A DNA stretch of 32,000 bases from Opitutales bacterium (GTDB lineage: Bacteria; Verrucomicrobiota; Verrucomicrobiia; Opitutales; UBA9783): positions 30,001 through 62,000 of the forward strand of contig JBKSMP010000028.1 in the NCBI GenBank assembly GCA_046881885.1, read 5' to 3'. Below are positions 24,663 through 32,000 of this stretch, piece after piece. The notes under the pieces are model-generated. The model saw only the letters and a list, made by a program, of their open reading frames with translations, had not been told where the DNA came from and did no database searches. Positions within the stretch are counted from its first letter, which is position 1, and each line of letters begins with the position of its first letter. The translations under genes and the position numbers were made by a program.

Positions 24663-25127
24663 TTAAGCAATTGGATTTTCGGAAACAACTTCAACCGATA
24701 GGTCTAAATGTACATCCTTATGCAAGCGAACTTGGAATGAATGTCTTCCTAATGATTTTATAGGTTGTTGTAAGCGAATGCAGCCTTTGTCGAATTCAAT
24801 GCCTTCTTCGGTATAGCGCTTCCACAAATCATTGTGTGTAACAGAACCAAACAACTTGCCTTCTTCTCCGGTCTTTACTGCTATTGTCAACGAGACAGCT
24901 TCCAAACGTTTTGCCAAAGCTTGTGCTTCTTCTAATTCTTTTGCCTCACGGGCTGCACGAGCTTTTTGCAAGGCTTCTATTTGCTTTGCATTGGCGCGAA
25001 CAAAGGGCATAACCCAATGCTTAGGCAATAGGAAATTGCGAGCATATCCTGCCTTTACGGAAACGATATCACCTTCGCCTCCAAGATTCTTTACTGGCTT
25101 TAACAACAAAACTTTTACATGTGCCAT
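24663..25127 (-). CDS. rplI: 50S ribosomal protein L9
   Basis: The N-terminus is MAHVKVLLLKPVKNLGGEGDIVSVKAGYARNFLLP. Length is 154 aa and it lies upstream of dnaB. Confidence 0.9.
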   Translation of the reverse strand: MAHVKVLLLKPVKNLGGEGDIVSVKAGYARNFLLPKHWVMPFVRANAKQIEALQKARAAREAKELEEAQALAKRLEAVSLTIAVKTGEEGKLFGSVTHNDLWKRYTEEGIEFDKGCIRLQQPIKSLGRHSFQVRLHKDVHLDLSVEVVSENPIA

Positions 25128-25154
25128 AATACGATTCTTATTAAATTTTAATTC

Positions 25155-25613
25155 TTAAAAAGGAACATCTTCATCTGCGGCATTATTGAAAGGTGTATCT
25201 ATAGTGTCACCTTTGGACTCTGCCTTCTCATAAGAAAATGGTGTTGATGTTTTTTCCGTTCCGTCCATTTGTTGTGAGTTTGACCCGACAAAGACAAAGT
25301 TTTCTAAAACGACCATCAATTTACTGCGTTTTTCGCCGGTCTGACTTTGCCACTCATTTAAGCGCAAACGTCCTTCAACAAAAATAGGACGACCTTTAGT
25401 AAAATACTTCGCAACTACTTCGGCTTGTTTTCCAAACGCTTCTACATCCACAAATGTAGTTTCTTCCCGCATTCCATTTTCTGCTTTTTCGGTCTTCACA
25501 GAGCGCGAACAAGCCAATGTAAAACGGCAAATCGAAAGTCCACTGGGGGTTACACGCAATTCTGGATCGCGCACCAAATTCCCCATCAACATTACTTTAT
25601 TATAAGAAGCCAT
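25155..25613 (-). CDS. ssb: Single-stranded DNA-binding protein
   Basis: The OB fold begins YNKVMLMGNLVRDPELR and the acidic C-terminal tip is ADEDVPF. Confidence 0.9.
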   Translation of the reverse strand: MASYNKVMLMGNLVRDPELRVTPSGLSICRFTLACSRSVKTEKAENGMREETTFVDVEAFGKQAEVVAKYFTKGRPIFVEGRLRLNEWQSQTGEKRSKLMVVLENFVFVGSNSQQMDGTEKTSTPFSYEKAESKGDTIDTPFNNAADEDVPF

Positions 25614-25619
25614 ACAGTC

Positions 25620-25913
25620 TTAAGCCTTAATTGCTTCAACAATAACGCGATTGACGTTTGGATTCAAACCGATACGTTCTTGCAAAATTTTATTGAAAGA
25701 AGCGTCTGCTTTGCAAGTAATCGTAACGTATTGTCCTGCAACAAATTCTTTGCGTGGACAACGTGCAAAAGATTTTAATCCCAAATCTTCTACTTTTACA
25801 ATATCGGCACCCATCTCTACAATAAGCCCCTTAACTTGTTCTACCAACGCATCAATCGGTTCGCGCCATTTATGCGTGTCTAAAATAAACGTTGCTTGAT
25901 ATTCTTTTTTCAT
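25620..25913 (-). CDS. rpsF: 30S ribosomal protein S6 (divergent), 97 aa
   Basis: The call rests on size, position (upstream of ssb/rplI), and a loose match to the S6 pattern (YQATFIL..., GLKSFA...AGQYV). Sequence conservation looks weaker than for its neighbours. Confidence 0.7.
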   Translation of the reverse strand: MKKEYQATFILDTHKWREPIDALVEQVKGLIVEMGADIVKVEDLGLKSFARCPRKEFVAGQYVTITCKADASFNKILQERIGLNPNVNRVIVEAIKA

Positions 25914-25917
25914 TTTA

Positions 25918-26496
25918 TTATCGTTCTATAAAATTCAGGCCTTTTATGACGCCTTTGTCAATAAGGACTTCAATGTTCTTTTCAAATTTTTTCGTAACTT
26001 CAGGTAATTCTGCTATTTCTTGCTCTGTCAAGCGTCCTAAAACAAAGTTGTCGAGCTGCATTGTTGGTGATCCCAAGCCAATGCGATAACGTATAAAACC
26101 ATTTCCTAAATGCGAAACAATGCTTTTTATGCCATTGTGACCCGCATCGCCCGGAATGGTTGAAACTTTGAATTTTAGCCAAGGAATCGTAACATCATCA
26201 CAAATAACCAGCACTTCTTCCGCTTTTAGTTTGAAATAGTGACAAAAGGCTTGAACGGCTTCGCCACTTAAATTCATAAAAGTTTGTGGTTTTATGCAGT
26301 AAACTTTGTGATTTGCAATAGAAATAACAGCAACTTGACACTTGCACTTTTTGTTTTCCTCCCAGCATCCTCCCTTAGATTTTACTAAAGCATCTAAGAG
26401 TAGAAAACCTATATTGTGGCGCGTGAGCGCATACAACAAGCCTGGATTTCCTAATCCTACGAGCAAACTTATGGTCCAATTTAGAGCAGGCATCAA
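25918..26496 (-). CDS. pth: Peptidyl-tRNA hydrolase
   Basis: LLVGLGNPG..Y..TRHNIGF, FMNLSGEAV and GHNGIKSI are present. Confidence 0.9.
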   Translation of the reverse strand: MMPALNWTISLLVGLGNPGLLYALTRHNIGFLLLDALVKSKGGCWEENKKCKCQVAVISIANHKVYCIKPQTFMNLSGEAVQAFCHYFKLKAEEVLVICDDVTIPWLKFKVSTIPGDAGHNGIKSIVSHLGNGFIRYRIGLGSPTMQLDNFVLGRLTEQEIAELPEVTKKFEKNIEVLIDKGVIKGLNFIER

Positions 26497-26511
26497 GTAG
26501 ACTTATCTTAT

Positions 26512-27114
26512 TTACTTTTTGCTACCTTCTTTTTCGTCTTCAGCTGCTTCAGAACTATCGTCTTCTAACTCTACGCAAGAAACAACAACATCGTCTGCAG
26601 GCGTTTTGTAAGCGATGCCTTTAAGTGCAGGCAAATTCTTAACGTGCATAGAAGTACCTAAGCCTAAGCTTGCAATATCAACTTCAATAAACGCAGGAAG
26701 ATTATCTGGTAAGCAAGAAATAGCCACCGTGTGACGAGCAATATCCAAAAGTCCTCCACCTTCTTTTACACCAATAGGATCGCCAACAAAACGTAAAGGT
26801 ACGTTGGCAACCATAGGTTTGTCGGCAGCAATTTCTTTGAAATCAATGTGCAAGAAATTGTCTTTGCGAGGATCGCGTTGCTCTGCTTGTAACATCGCTA
26901 AGGTTGTTTCTTCGCCGCAAACGAGTTCTATAAAGGCAACCCCATCGCCTTTTTCTAACATCATTTTACGGAATTCAGGTGTTAAAATTTGTAACTGTTT
27001 TACGCCCGAATGACCATAAACGACGGCAGGAATATACCCACTTTTACGTAAACGTCCACTTGCCCTGGAACCATTTACTTCACGCTTTTCAACAACAAGT
27101 CGTATCTTTTTCAT
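26512..27114 (-). CDS. rplY: 50S ribosomal protein L25 / general stress protein Ctc form, 200 aa
   Basis: RASGRLRKSGYIPAVVYGH and the two-domain Ctc length with an acidic tail are present. The conserved ctc-pth pairing supports the call. Confidence 0.9.
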   Translation of the reverse strand: MKKIRLVVEKREVNGSRASGRLRKSGYIPAVVYGHSGVKQLQILTPEFRKMMLEKGDGVAFIELVCGEETTLAMLQAEQRDPRKDNFLHIDFKEIAADKPMVANVPLRFVGDPIGVKEGGGLLDIARHTVAISCLPDNLPAFIEVDIASLGLGTSMHVKNLPALKGIAYKTPADDVVVSCVELEDDSSEAAEDEKEGSKK

Positions 27115-27218
27115 AAATCTTTTATTGCTATAACAACTTTTTATACTTTAAAGTAACTACACATTAAAGAAGCAAAATTTTTTACAACATACAACTTAAA
27201 AAATGGTTTTTTTGCAAA

Positions 27219-28550
27219 ATGGAGAAAATTGGAAGAAAAATTTGGATTAAAACATACGGCTGCCAGATGAATATGCGTGATAGTGATACGCTTAAAACGC
27301 TCTTGAAAGCCGATGGACACTGTATTGTTAATGCGGAAGAGGAGGCGGACATAGCGCTTTTATATACTTGTAGTATTCGCGACCTTGCAGAAAGTAAAGC
27401 TTTAGGAAAAGCAGGACGTTTGATTCGTAATAAGAAAAAGAATCCTAATTATCGTATCGGAATTTTGGGTTGTATGGCTTCGCGACAAGGTAAAAACTTG
27501 TTAAAAAAGTTACCACAGCTAGATTGGATTATTGCGCCACAAAATTTGGCTGACGCACCGCAGCTAATTCGCCAGACTTTAGAAAATGATCTTACTGATT
27601 GTTTAGTTTCTGAAATTCCTGAAATATTTGATTTTTCGTGTTATGAAGCAAAGGGTGCCACTCAAGCAACTTTGTTCGTTCCTATTCAGCAAGGGTGCAA
27701 TATGGCTTGTTCGTACTGTATTGTGCCACAGACGCGAGGTCGGCAACAAAATCGTTCTTTGACATCCATTTTAAAAGAAATTGAAACGGCTGCTCAAGAG
27801 GGTACAAAGGAAATTACTTTGTTGGGGCAAATTGTTAATTCCTATCAGGATCCAGAAACACAGAAACGTTTTTCGGATTTGTTAGAAGCTGTGCAGGTAA
27901 TTGAAGGGATTGAACGCATTCGTTTTGTTTCTCCACATCCTACTTTCTTTACCGATAATTTAATCGAATGTTTTGCAAAATTGCCTAAATTGTGTCCTGC
28001 GATTCACTTGCCTGTTCAAAGTGGGTCGAATCGCTTATTAAAAGAGATGCACCGTGCCTATACAAAAGAAAAGATTTATGCGATTGTAGACAAATTGAGA
28101 GCCATTAATCCATTGTTTTCTATTTCTACAGATATTATTGTGGGGTATCCTGGCGAAACAGAAATTGACTTTAAAGATACCTGCGAGCTTTTTGATCATA
28201 TTCAGTTTGATATGGCTTATGTCTTTAAGTATAGTCCACGTCCCTCAACCCTTGCTGCACCACAACAAGATACAATCTTGGGAATTGAAGATGCTGTTAA
28301 AGAAGAACGTAATCAAATTCTTTTGGAGAAATTAAGTCGCTATTCGACAGCTTACAATGAGCGCTTTTTAGGTACCCAGCAAACGATTTTGGTAGAAGGC
28401 AAGCCCCATCGCGGTACTGGTAAACTTTTTGGTCGCAATGTTTATAATAAGAAGGTTATTGTTGACGGTCCTGAATTTTGGATTGGTACCTTGAAACCAG
28501 TATATATAACAAAAACCTCTTCCAGCGTTCTTGAGGGTAGGGTTTTGTGA
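27219..28550 (+). CDS. miaB: tRNA-i6A37 methylthiotransferase MiaB
   Basis: The N-terminal cluster motif is IKTYGCQMNMRDSD and the radical SAM motif is QQGCNMACSYCIVP. A C-terminal TRAM domain is present. Confidence 0.9.
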   Translation: MEKIGRKIWIKTYGCQMNMRDSDTLKTLLKADGHCIVNAEEEADIALLYTCSIRDLAESKALGKAGRLIRNKKKNPNYRIGILGCMASRQGKNLLKKLPQLDWIIAPQNLADAPQLIRQTLENDLTDCLVSEIPEIFDFSCYEAKGATQATLFVPIQQGCNMACSYCIVPQTRGRQQNRSLTSILKEIETAAQEGTKEITLLGQIVNSYQDPETQKRFSDLLEAVQVIEGIERIRFVSPHPTFFTDNLIECFAKLPKLCPAIHLPVQSGSNRLLKEMHRAYTKEKIYAIVDKLRAINPLFSISTDIIVGYPGETEIDFKDTCELFDHIQFDMAYVFKYSPRPSTLAAPQQDTILGIEDAVKEERNQILLEKLSRYSTAYNERFLGTQQTILVEGKPHRGTGKLFGRNVYNKKVIVDGPEFWIGTLKPVYITKTSSSVLEGRVL

Positions 28551-28731
28551 TTTAGCAGATATCTTACAAAGTCGAAAATAAAGATCTTTATCAACTTTCA
28601 TTAATGCTTGTAAGGATGATTTTACGTAAGCAAATTATACAAAATTTTTTGCTTTTTCGAATGAATTGAAGCTGAGTTTGTTGAGGATTTTATTTTTATC
28701 TTTTTAACCTATTTTAGCATTTACATTTCTC

Positions 28732-29484
28732 TTGATACAGTTTACACATTTAAGTGTGCAGTTATATTTGAAGCAATTGATAGCCTTGCAGGAAAAGGAA
28801 TATGTTTTATTAGGGTTAGAAAAGAAACAAAAATGTTGTGAGCAAGATTTACTTACCTTGGAACATTCTATAGAGGACTTAAATAACGAACTTAAATCTT
28901 TTAAACAAAAATTGCAGCATGAAGAACAAAACTATAGAAATGGCGAGCTGCAGTTAATTGCCGACGAAGAAACTTTAGTACGACAAAAAACTCAACTAAT
29001 GAGCATCAAAAAAACAAATGATTTTGCAGCCATGGAAACTGCAAATACAGCGTTAGAAAATCGTATTTCTGCTCAACAAGATGCTTTAATTGCACAATTA
29101 GAACTGCTTGAAAACTTGCGAGAGCAATATACCTCAAAAGTACATTCTGTTCATCAGCAAATAGAAGATTTAAAAAGCCAGCAACAGCAAGTTCAAGAAC
29201 AAAGCCAGGAACTTTCAAAGGCTATTCAACAACAACAAGAAGCTGTAGAAGCCTTTACAAATACACTTCAAGGAAAATTTTATGAAGCTTATTGTGTTTT
29301 GAGAAGAGCTGGTAAAGCCTATCCTTGGGTTGTTGCCGTAAACGAAAATGGTAAATGTTCTGGTTGTTATTTATCGCTTTCAACAGAAGCACTTTCGAAT
29401 TTAAAAGAAACGAAAGAGCCACAATTTTGCGAGCAATGTGGACGTATTCTTTATCAAAAAGAGGAAGCAGATGCACAGGTGTAG
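28732..29484 (+). CDS. Coiled-coil protein with C-terminal C4 zinc ribbon (COG1579-like), up to 250 aa
   Basis: It has a long Gln/Glu-rich coiled coil and then CSGCYLSLS...CEQCGRILY. There is no ATG near the N-terminus, so the start must be TTG 28732, GTG 28756 or similar. The 3' end overlaps kdsB. Confidence 0.65.
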   Translation: MIQFTHLSVQLYLKQLIALQEKEYVLLGLEKKQKCCEQDLLTLEHSIEDLNNELKSFKQKLQHEEQNYRNGELQLIADEETLVRQKTQLMSIKKTNDFAAMETANTALENRISAQQDALIAQLELLENLREQYTSKVHSVHQQIEDLKSQQQQVQEQSQELSKAIQQQQEAVEAFTNTLQGKFYEAYCVLRRAGKAYPWVVAVNENGKCSGCYLSLSTEALSNLKETKEPQFCEQCGRILYQKEEADAQV

Positions 29485-30217
29485 TATTGTTATTCCAGCA
29501 CGTATCGCTTCAACGCGTTTACCCGGTAAGATGTTGAAATCTTTAGGCGGTAAGCCTGTTGTTCAGCATGTCATAGAACGCACTCAAAAAGTTCGTAATT
29601 GTCAATCAGTTTACGTGGTAACCGATAGCAATGAAATTGTTCACTTAGCAAATTCTCTGGGTGTCACTGGGCTTCTTACAGCTCCAGAATGTCGGTCGGG
29701 TACAGAACGCATTGTTTCGGTTTTGAATAAGATTGCAGGTGATTGGATTTTTAATGTGCAGGGTGATGAACCTTTTGTAGACATTCATCTGATCGAGGAA
29801 ATGATCGATCGTACTCGCAATACTCAAGCAGACATTTTAACCCCTGTGTATCGTCTAAAATCGATCGAAGAGGTTTTAAATCCCAATGTCGTAAAAGTTG
29901 TTCGTAATGTTGATGATTTTGCTCTTTATTTTTCGAGAAGTCCCATTCCTTTCGTTCGTGATATCCCGAAGGAGGAATGGCTTCAAAAAACGACCTTTTG
30001 GGGACACTTAGGTATTTATGGATACCAAAGAACGGTATTGGAAACCTATTCCAAAATTCCCCTCAGTCCGCTCGAGCAAGCCGAATCTTTGGAACAATTA
30101 CGTTTCTTAAGTAATAACTTCCGTATTTTGACCTGTGAAACCCAAAATCGTTCTGTTGCCATCGATACTGCAGAGGATTTAGCACTTGCAGAAAAGATTT
30201 TAGGGAAATCCCATTAG
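29471..30217 (+). CDS. kdsB: 3-deoxy-manno-octulosonate cytidylyltransferase (CMP-KDO synthetase)
   Basis: The N-terminus is MHRCSIVIPARIASTRLPGKML, with NVQGDEPF and EQLRFL downstream. The start is taken at ATG 29471, preceded by GAGGAA at 29461-29466. Confidence 0.9.
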   Translation: MHRCSIVIPARIASTRLPGKMLKSLGGKPVVQHVIERTQKVRNCQSVYVVTDSNEIVHLANSLGVTGLLTAPECRSGTERIVSVLNKIAGDWIFNVQGDEPFVDIHLIEEMIDRTRNTQADILTPVYRLKSIEEVLNPNVVKVVRNVDDFALYFSRSPIPFVRDIPKEEWLQKTTFWGHLGIYGYQRTVLETYSKIPLSPLEQAESLEQLRFLSNNFRILTCETQNRSVAIDTAEDLALAEKILGKSH

Positions 30218-30238
30218 TGTTTGGTTGTACATTTTTAT

Positions 30239-31189
30239 TTAATTAATGCCAACTTTTTTACAGAGGTTTTGAAAGTTTGAATTATTGCGAAGATTCTCAT
30301 TTAACATTGCATTATTATTTTGTATGTCTTGAAGAACGTTTTTCAATACATCGATTTTTCCGTTGTTTTGAGCTGCTTTGAAGATTTTATCCCCATTCTC
30401 TTTTGGGGCTGCAGTAATGCAATATTTTATATATCTGGGATTAAGTTTAAATAACATATCCATACTGTCCTCTTTTAATTCCATATTATTTTTACACACT
30501 ATATGTTTAAAAAGAATATCGGAAAAAGGAAAATATCCCAATTCTTTTTCATGCGCTAGCATCTTTTCAAAACATCCATCGTTTTTTATTTGTTTGGAAC
30601 TTATCTTGCCTTCTTTTATTGCTTCTGTATAGCACAAATAATAATCATTATTAGGATTTTCTTTTATACCTTTACTTATATATTCACAATTAGGATCTAT
30701 TTCAAATAAAAGTTTTGTATCTTGAGTTTTTACAGCACAACTAAGTACAAGTTCTTTAAAGCTTGGATCATTACAATAGGATGCATTTTGTTCAATTGCA
30801 TTTCTATAAACACTACCAGCATCCTTAGGATTGCTTTGTAATTGTTGTGTTATGTCAGTTAAAGATAATTCAGGTTTTATACTTTTATCCTCTTTTACAT
30901 AACTTATTGTTGGTGAAGTATTTCGAGATACCTGTGGAGTTGAATTTTGAGTTGTGTTATTTGAATTAGTTACTTGTGTTAATGGTCGAGAGGTTTGTAC
31001 GGGCTTTTTGGATTTAAATAATTGTTTTGAAAATAAATTTTTAAAAAAATTTCCAATCTTTTTAAAAAAATTTTTAAATTTACATTCACTCTTTTCAACC
31101 GTCCTATTGTTGTCTAAAACAACTTTATTGGGTTCTACTTCTTGTTGTTGAATACTCAAAGGTATATTGCTATTATCTATTCTCGTCAT
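30239..31189 (-). CDS. Hypothetical protein, 316 aa, very AT-rich, low-complexity N-terminal third
   Basis: It is a long ORF in a region of about 20-28% GC. The N-terminal part is polar and basic (KFKNFFKKIGNFFKNLFSKQLFKSKK, then an N/T/S/Q-rich stretch). The C-terminal ~200 aa look globular. I recognise no family. Confidence 0.5.
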   Translation of the reverse strand: MTRIDNSNIPLSIQQQEVEPNKVVLDNNRTVEKSECKFKNFFKKIGNFFKNLFSKQLFKSKKPVQTSRPLTQVTNSNNTTQNSTPQVSRNTSPTISYVKEDKSIKPELSLTDITQQLQSNPKDAGSVYRNAIEQNASYCNDPSFKELVLSCAVKTQDTKLLFEIDPNCEYISKGIKENPNNDYYLCYTEAIKEGKISSKQIKNDGCFEKMLAHEKELGYFPFSDILFKHIVCKNNMELKEDSMDMLFKLNPRYIKYCITAAPKENGDKIFKAAQNNGKIDVLKNVLQDIQNNNAMLNENLRNNSNFQNLCKKVGIN

Positions 31190-31231
31190 ACCTTTCGTGT
31201 AGCAAGATATGCGCCAAAATATGAAGTAAAT

Positions 31232-31873
31232 TTACAAAAGCTTCCTAAGAGCTTTTGTATCGGTCCCAAAGATGACCGGAAGGAATTGCGTAAGTTTTTC
31301 GTAAGGCCAATTCCACCATTTGAGGTCTAAGAGAAGCTGAATCGTGTCTTCGTCGAAACGCTTACGGATGCATTTAGCGGGATTGCCACCATAGATGGAA
31401 TACGGAGGAACGGTGGAGGTTACAACTGATTCTGCGGCAATAATGGCTCCATCACCGATAGTAACACCTGGCATAATGACGGCGTTATGACCGATCCAAA
31501 CGTCATTGCCAACGATGGTATCACCTTTTGAAGGCGCCCCTAATGGAACCTCTTTTAAGTTTTCAGCCCAAGCGCCACCGAAAATAGCAAAGGGATAACT
31601 CGAAAAGGTGTCGATACGGTGATTGGCACCATTCATGATAAATTTCACGCCTTTGGCCAGTGCACAAAATTTACCAATTTTTAATTTATCCCCGATGAAA
31701 TCAAAATGATAAAGTACGTTATTCTGCTCGAAATGTTCAGAATCCTCCGGATCATCATAATAAGTATAGTCTCCTACTTCGATGTTTGGATTCTGAATAA
31801 CATTTTTTAGGAAACAAATCTGCGGAAATTGTTTCAGGGGATGGATTTGATTACAGTCGGGGATGGTTTGCAT
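31232..31873 (-). CDS. vat: Xenobiotic acetyltransferase (XAT) family, Vat-type streptogramin A O-acetyltransferase-like, 213 aa
   Basis: It is closely collinear with Vat proteins as I remember them: NIEVGDYTYYDD, VLYHFDFIGDKLKIGKFCA, MNGANHRIDTFSSYPF (catalytic His), GDTIVGNDVWIGHNAVIMPGVTIGDGAIIAA, GGNPAKCIRKRFDEDTIQLLLDLKWWNWP. Confidence 0.85.
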   Translation of the reverse strand: MQTIPDCNQIHPLKQFPQICFLKNVIQNPNIEVGDYTYYDDPEDSEHFEQNNVLYHFDFIGDKLKIGKFCALAKGVKFIMNGANHRIDTFSSYPFAIFGGAWAENLKEVPLGAPSKGDTIVGNDVWIGHNAVIMPGVTIGDGAIIAAESVVTSTVPPYSIYGGNPAKCIRKRFDEDTIQLLLDLKWWNWPYEKLTQFLPVIFGTDTKALRKLL

Positions 31874-32000
31874 TATAAAGTTGTAAGTTCTTTAGATTTT
31901 TCGTCTAAGATTTTCTCAACCATTTCTACAAATTTATCGGTTAATTTTTGAATTTCTTTTTCCAATTTTTTAACATCGTCTTCGGAACAAGTTCCCAACT
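31873..32000 (-). CDS. frr: Ribosome recycling factor, C-terminal 41 codons (remainder outside window)
   Basis: It is not in the ORF track because it is short and truncated. The minus-strand frame reads LGTCSEDDVKKLEKEIQKLTDKFVEMVEKILDEKSKELTTL*, matching the RRF C-terminus (SEDD..QKLTD...KE.EL). The stop TAA at 31875-31873 overlaps the vat ATG. Confidence 0.8.
   Translation of the reverse strand, partial: LGTCSEDDVKKLEKEIQKLTDKFVEMVEKILDEKSKELTTL

Noticed and set aside
28551-28731. I looked for a terminator or riboswitch in the miaB downstream spacer (AGCAAA...TTTGCTTTTT, TTACGTAA palindrome).
   Set aside because: There is only a 6-bp A/U-rich stem with a 13-nt loop. That is too weak to call, and I saw no recognisable riboswitch architecture.
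31020-31090. A/T homopolymer-rich low-complexity DNA (tttttaaaaaaatt repeats) could be a phase-variation tract or a promoter.
   Set aside because: It is in-frame coding sequence for the NFFKK repeat of the 316-aa orphan. The runs are interrupted and there is no evidence of slippage-prone length variation.
1-32000. I looked for CRISPR arrays, IS elements, transposases, integrases, phage genes and rRNA.
   Set aside because: I found no regularly spaced repeats, no terminal inverted repeats flanking an ORF, and no ORF with recombinase or transposase motifs. Every long ORF is accounted for by the calls above.

Overview
This window is a low-GC (about 38% from hand counts on sample lines), very gene-dense chromosomal segment from a diderm bacterium. 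I support about 37 protein-coding genes and 2 tRNAs. I found no rRNA, CRISPR array, transposase or integrase.

Most of the window is housekeeping:
- Ends and plus-strand genes: trpS (5'-truncated by the window edge), tadA, comM/yifB, bioY, mpl, miaB, kdsB, and an frr 3' fragment at the right edge that is missing from the ORF track.
- A 10.7-kb almost gap-less minus-strand array: rplY(L25)-pth-rpsF-ssb-rplI-dnaB-bamA-skp-lpxD-prs-like-tRNA-Pro-rnhB-rlmN.

Non-routine content:
1. A CHASE2 class III adenylate cyclase, an AT-rich Cys-containing secreted protein, and a stand-alone sctS-sctT-sctU (fliQ/fliR/flhB-type) type III export-gate module. All are co-directional and closed by a bidirectional terminator. 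No sctR or sctV lies nearby.
2. An 881-aa fusion of a sodium:solute symporter, a second 6-TM block, and a histidine kinase whose ATP-lid motifs look degenerate. A 13-bp direct repeat lies in its upstream region.
3. Two tandem, diverged paralogous small secreted proteins in an AT-rich 1.1-kb segment next to tRNA-Ala.
4. A Vat/XAT-family acetyltransferase translationally coupled (TAATG) to frr, followed by a very AT-rich 316-aa orphan.
5. A divergent Prs homolog, an rpsF-ssb-rplI operon lacking rpsR, and a trpS-coupled orphan pseudopilin.

Taxonomy cannot be established here. LPS/KDO genes, BamA, type III parts, prepilin-like proteins and compaction fit a host-associated PVC-type organism (Chlamydiae- or Verrucomicrobia-like), but that is only an impression. 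I see no strongly supported, complete novel multi-gene system. The best candidates are flagged below as hypotheses. All family calls rest on motif recognition by eye, and no searches were run.
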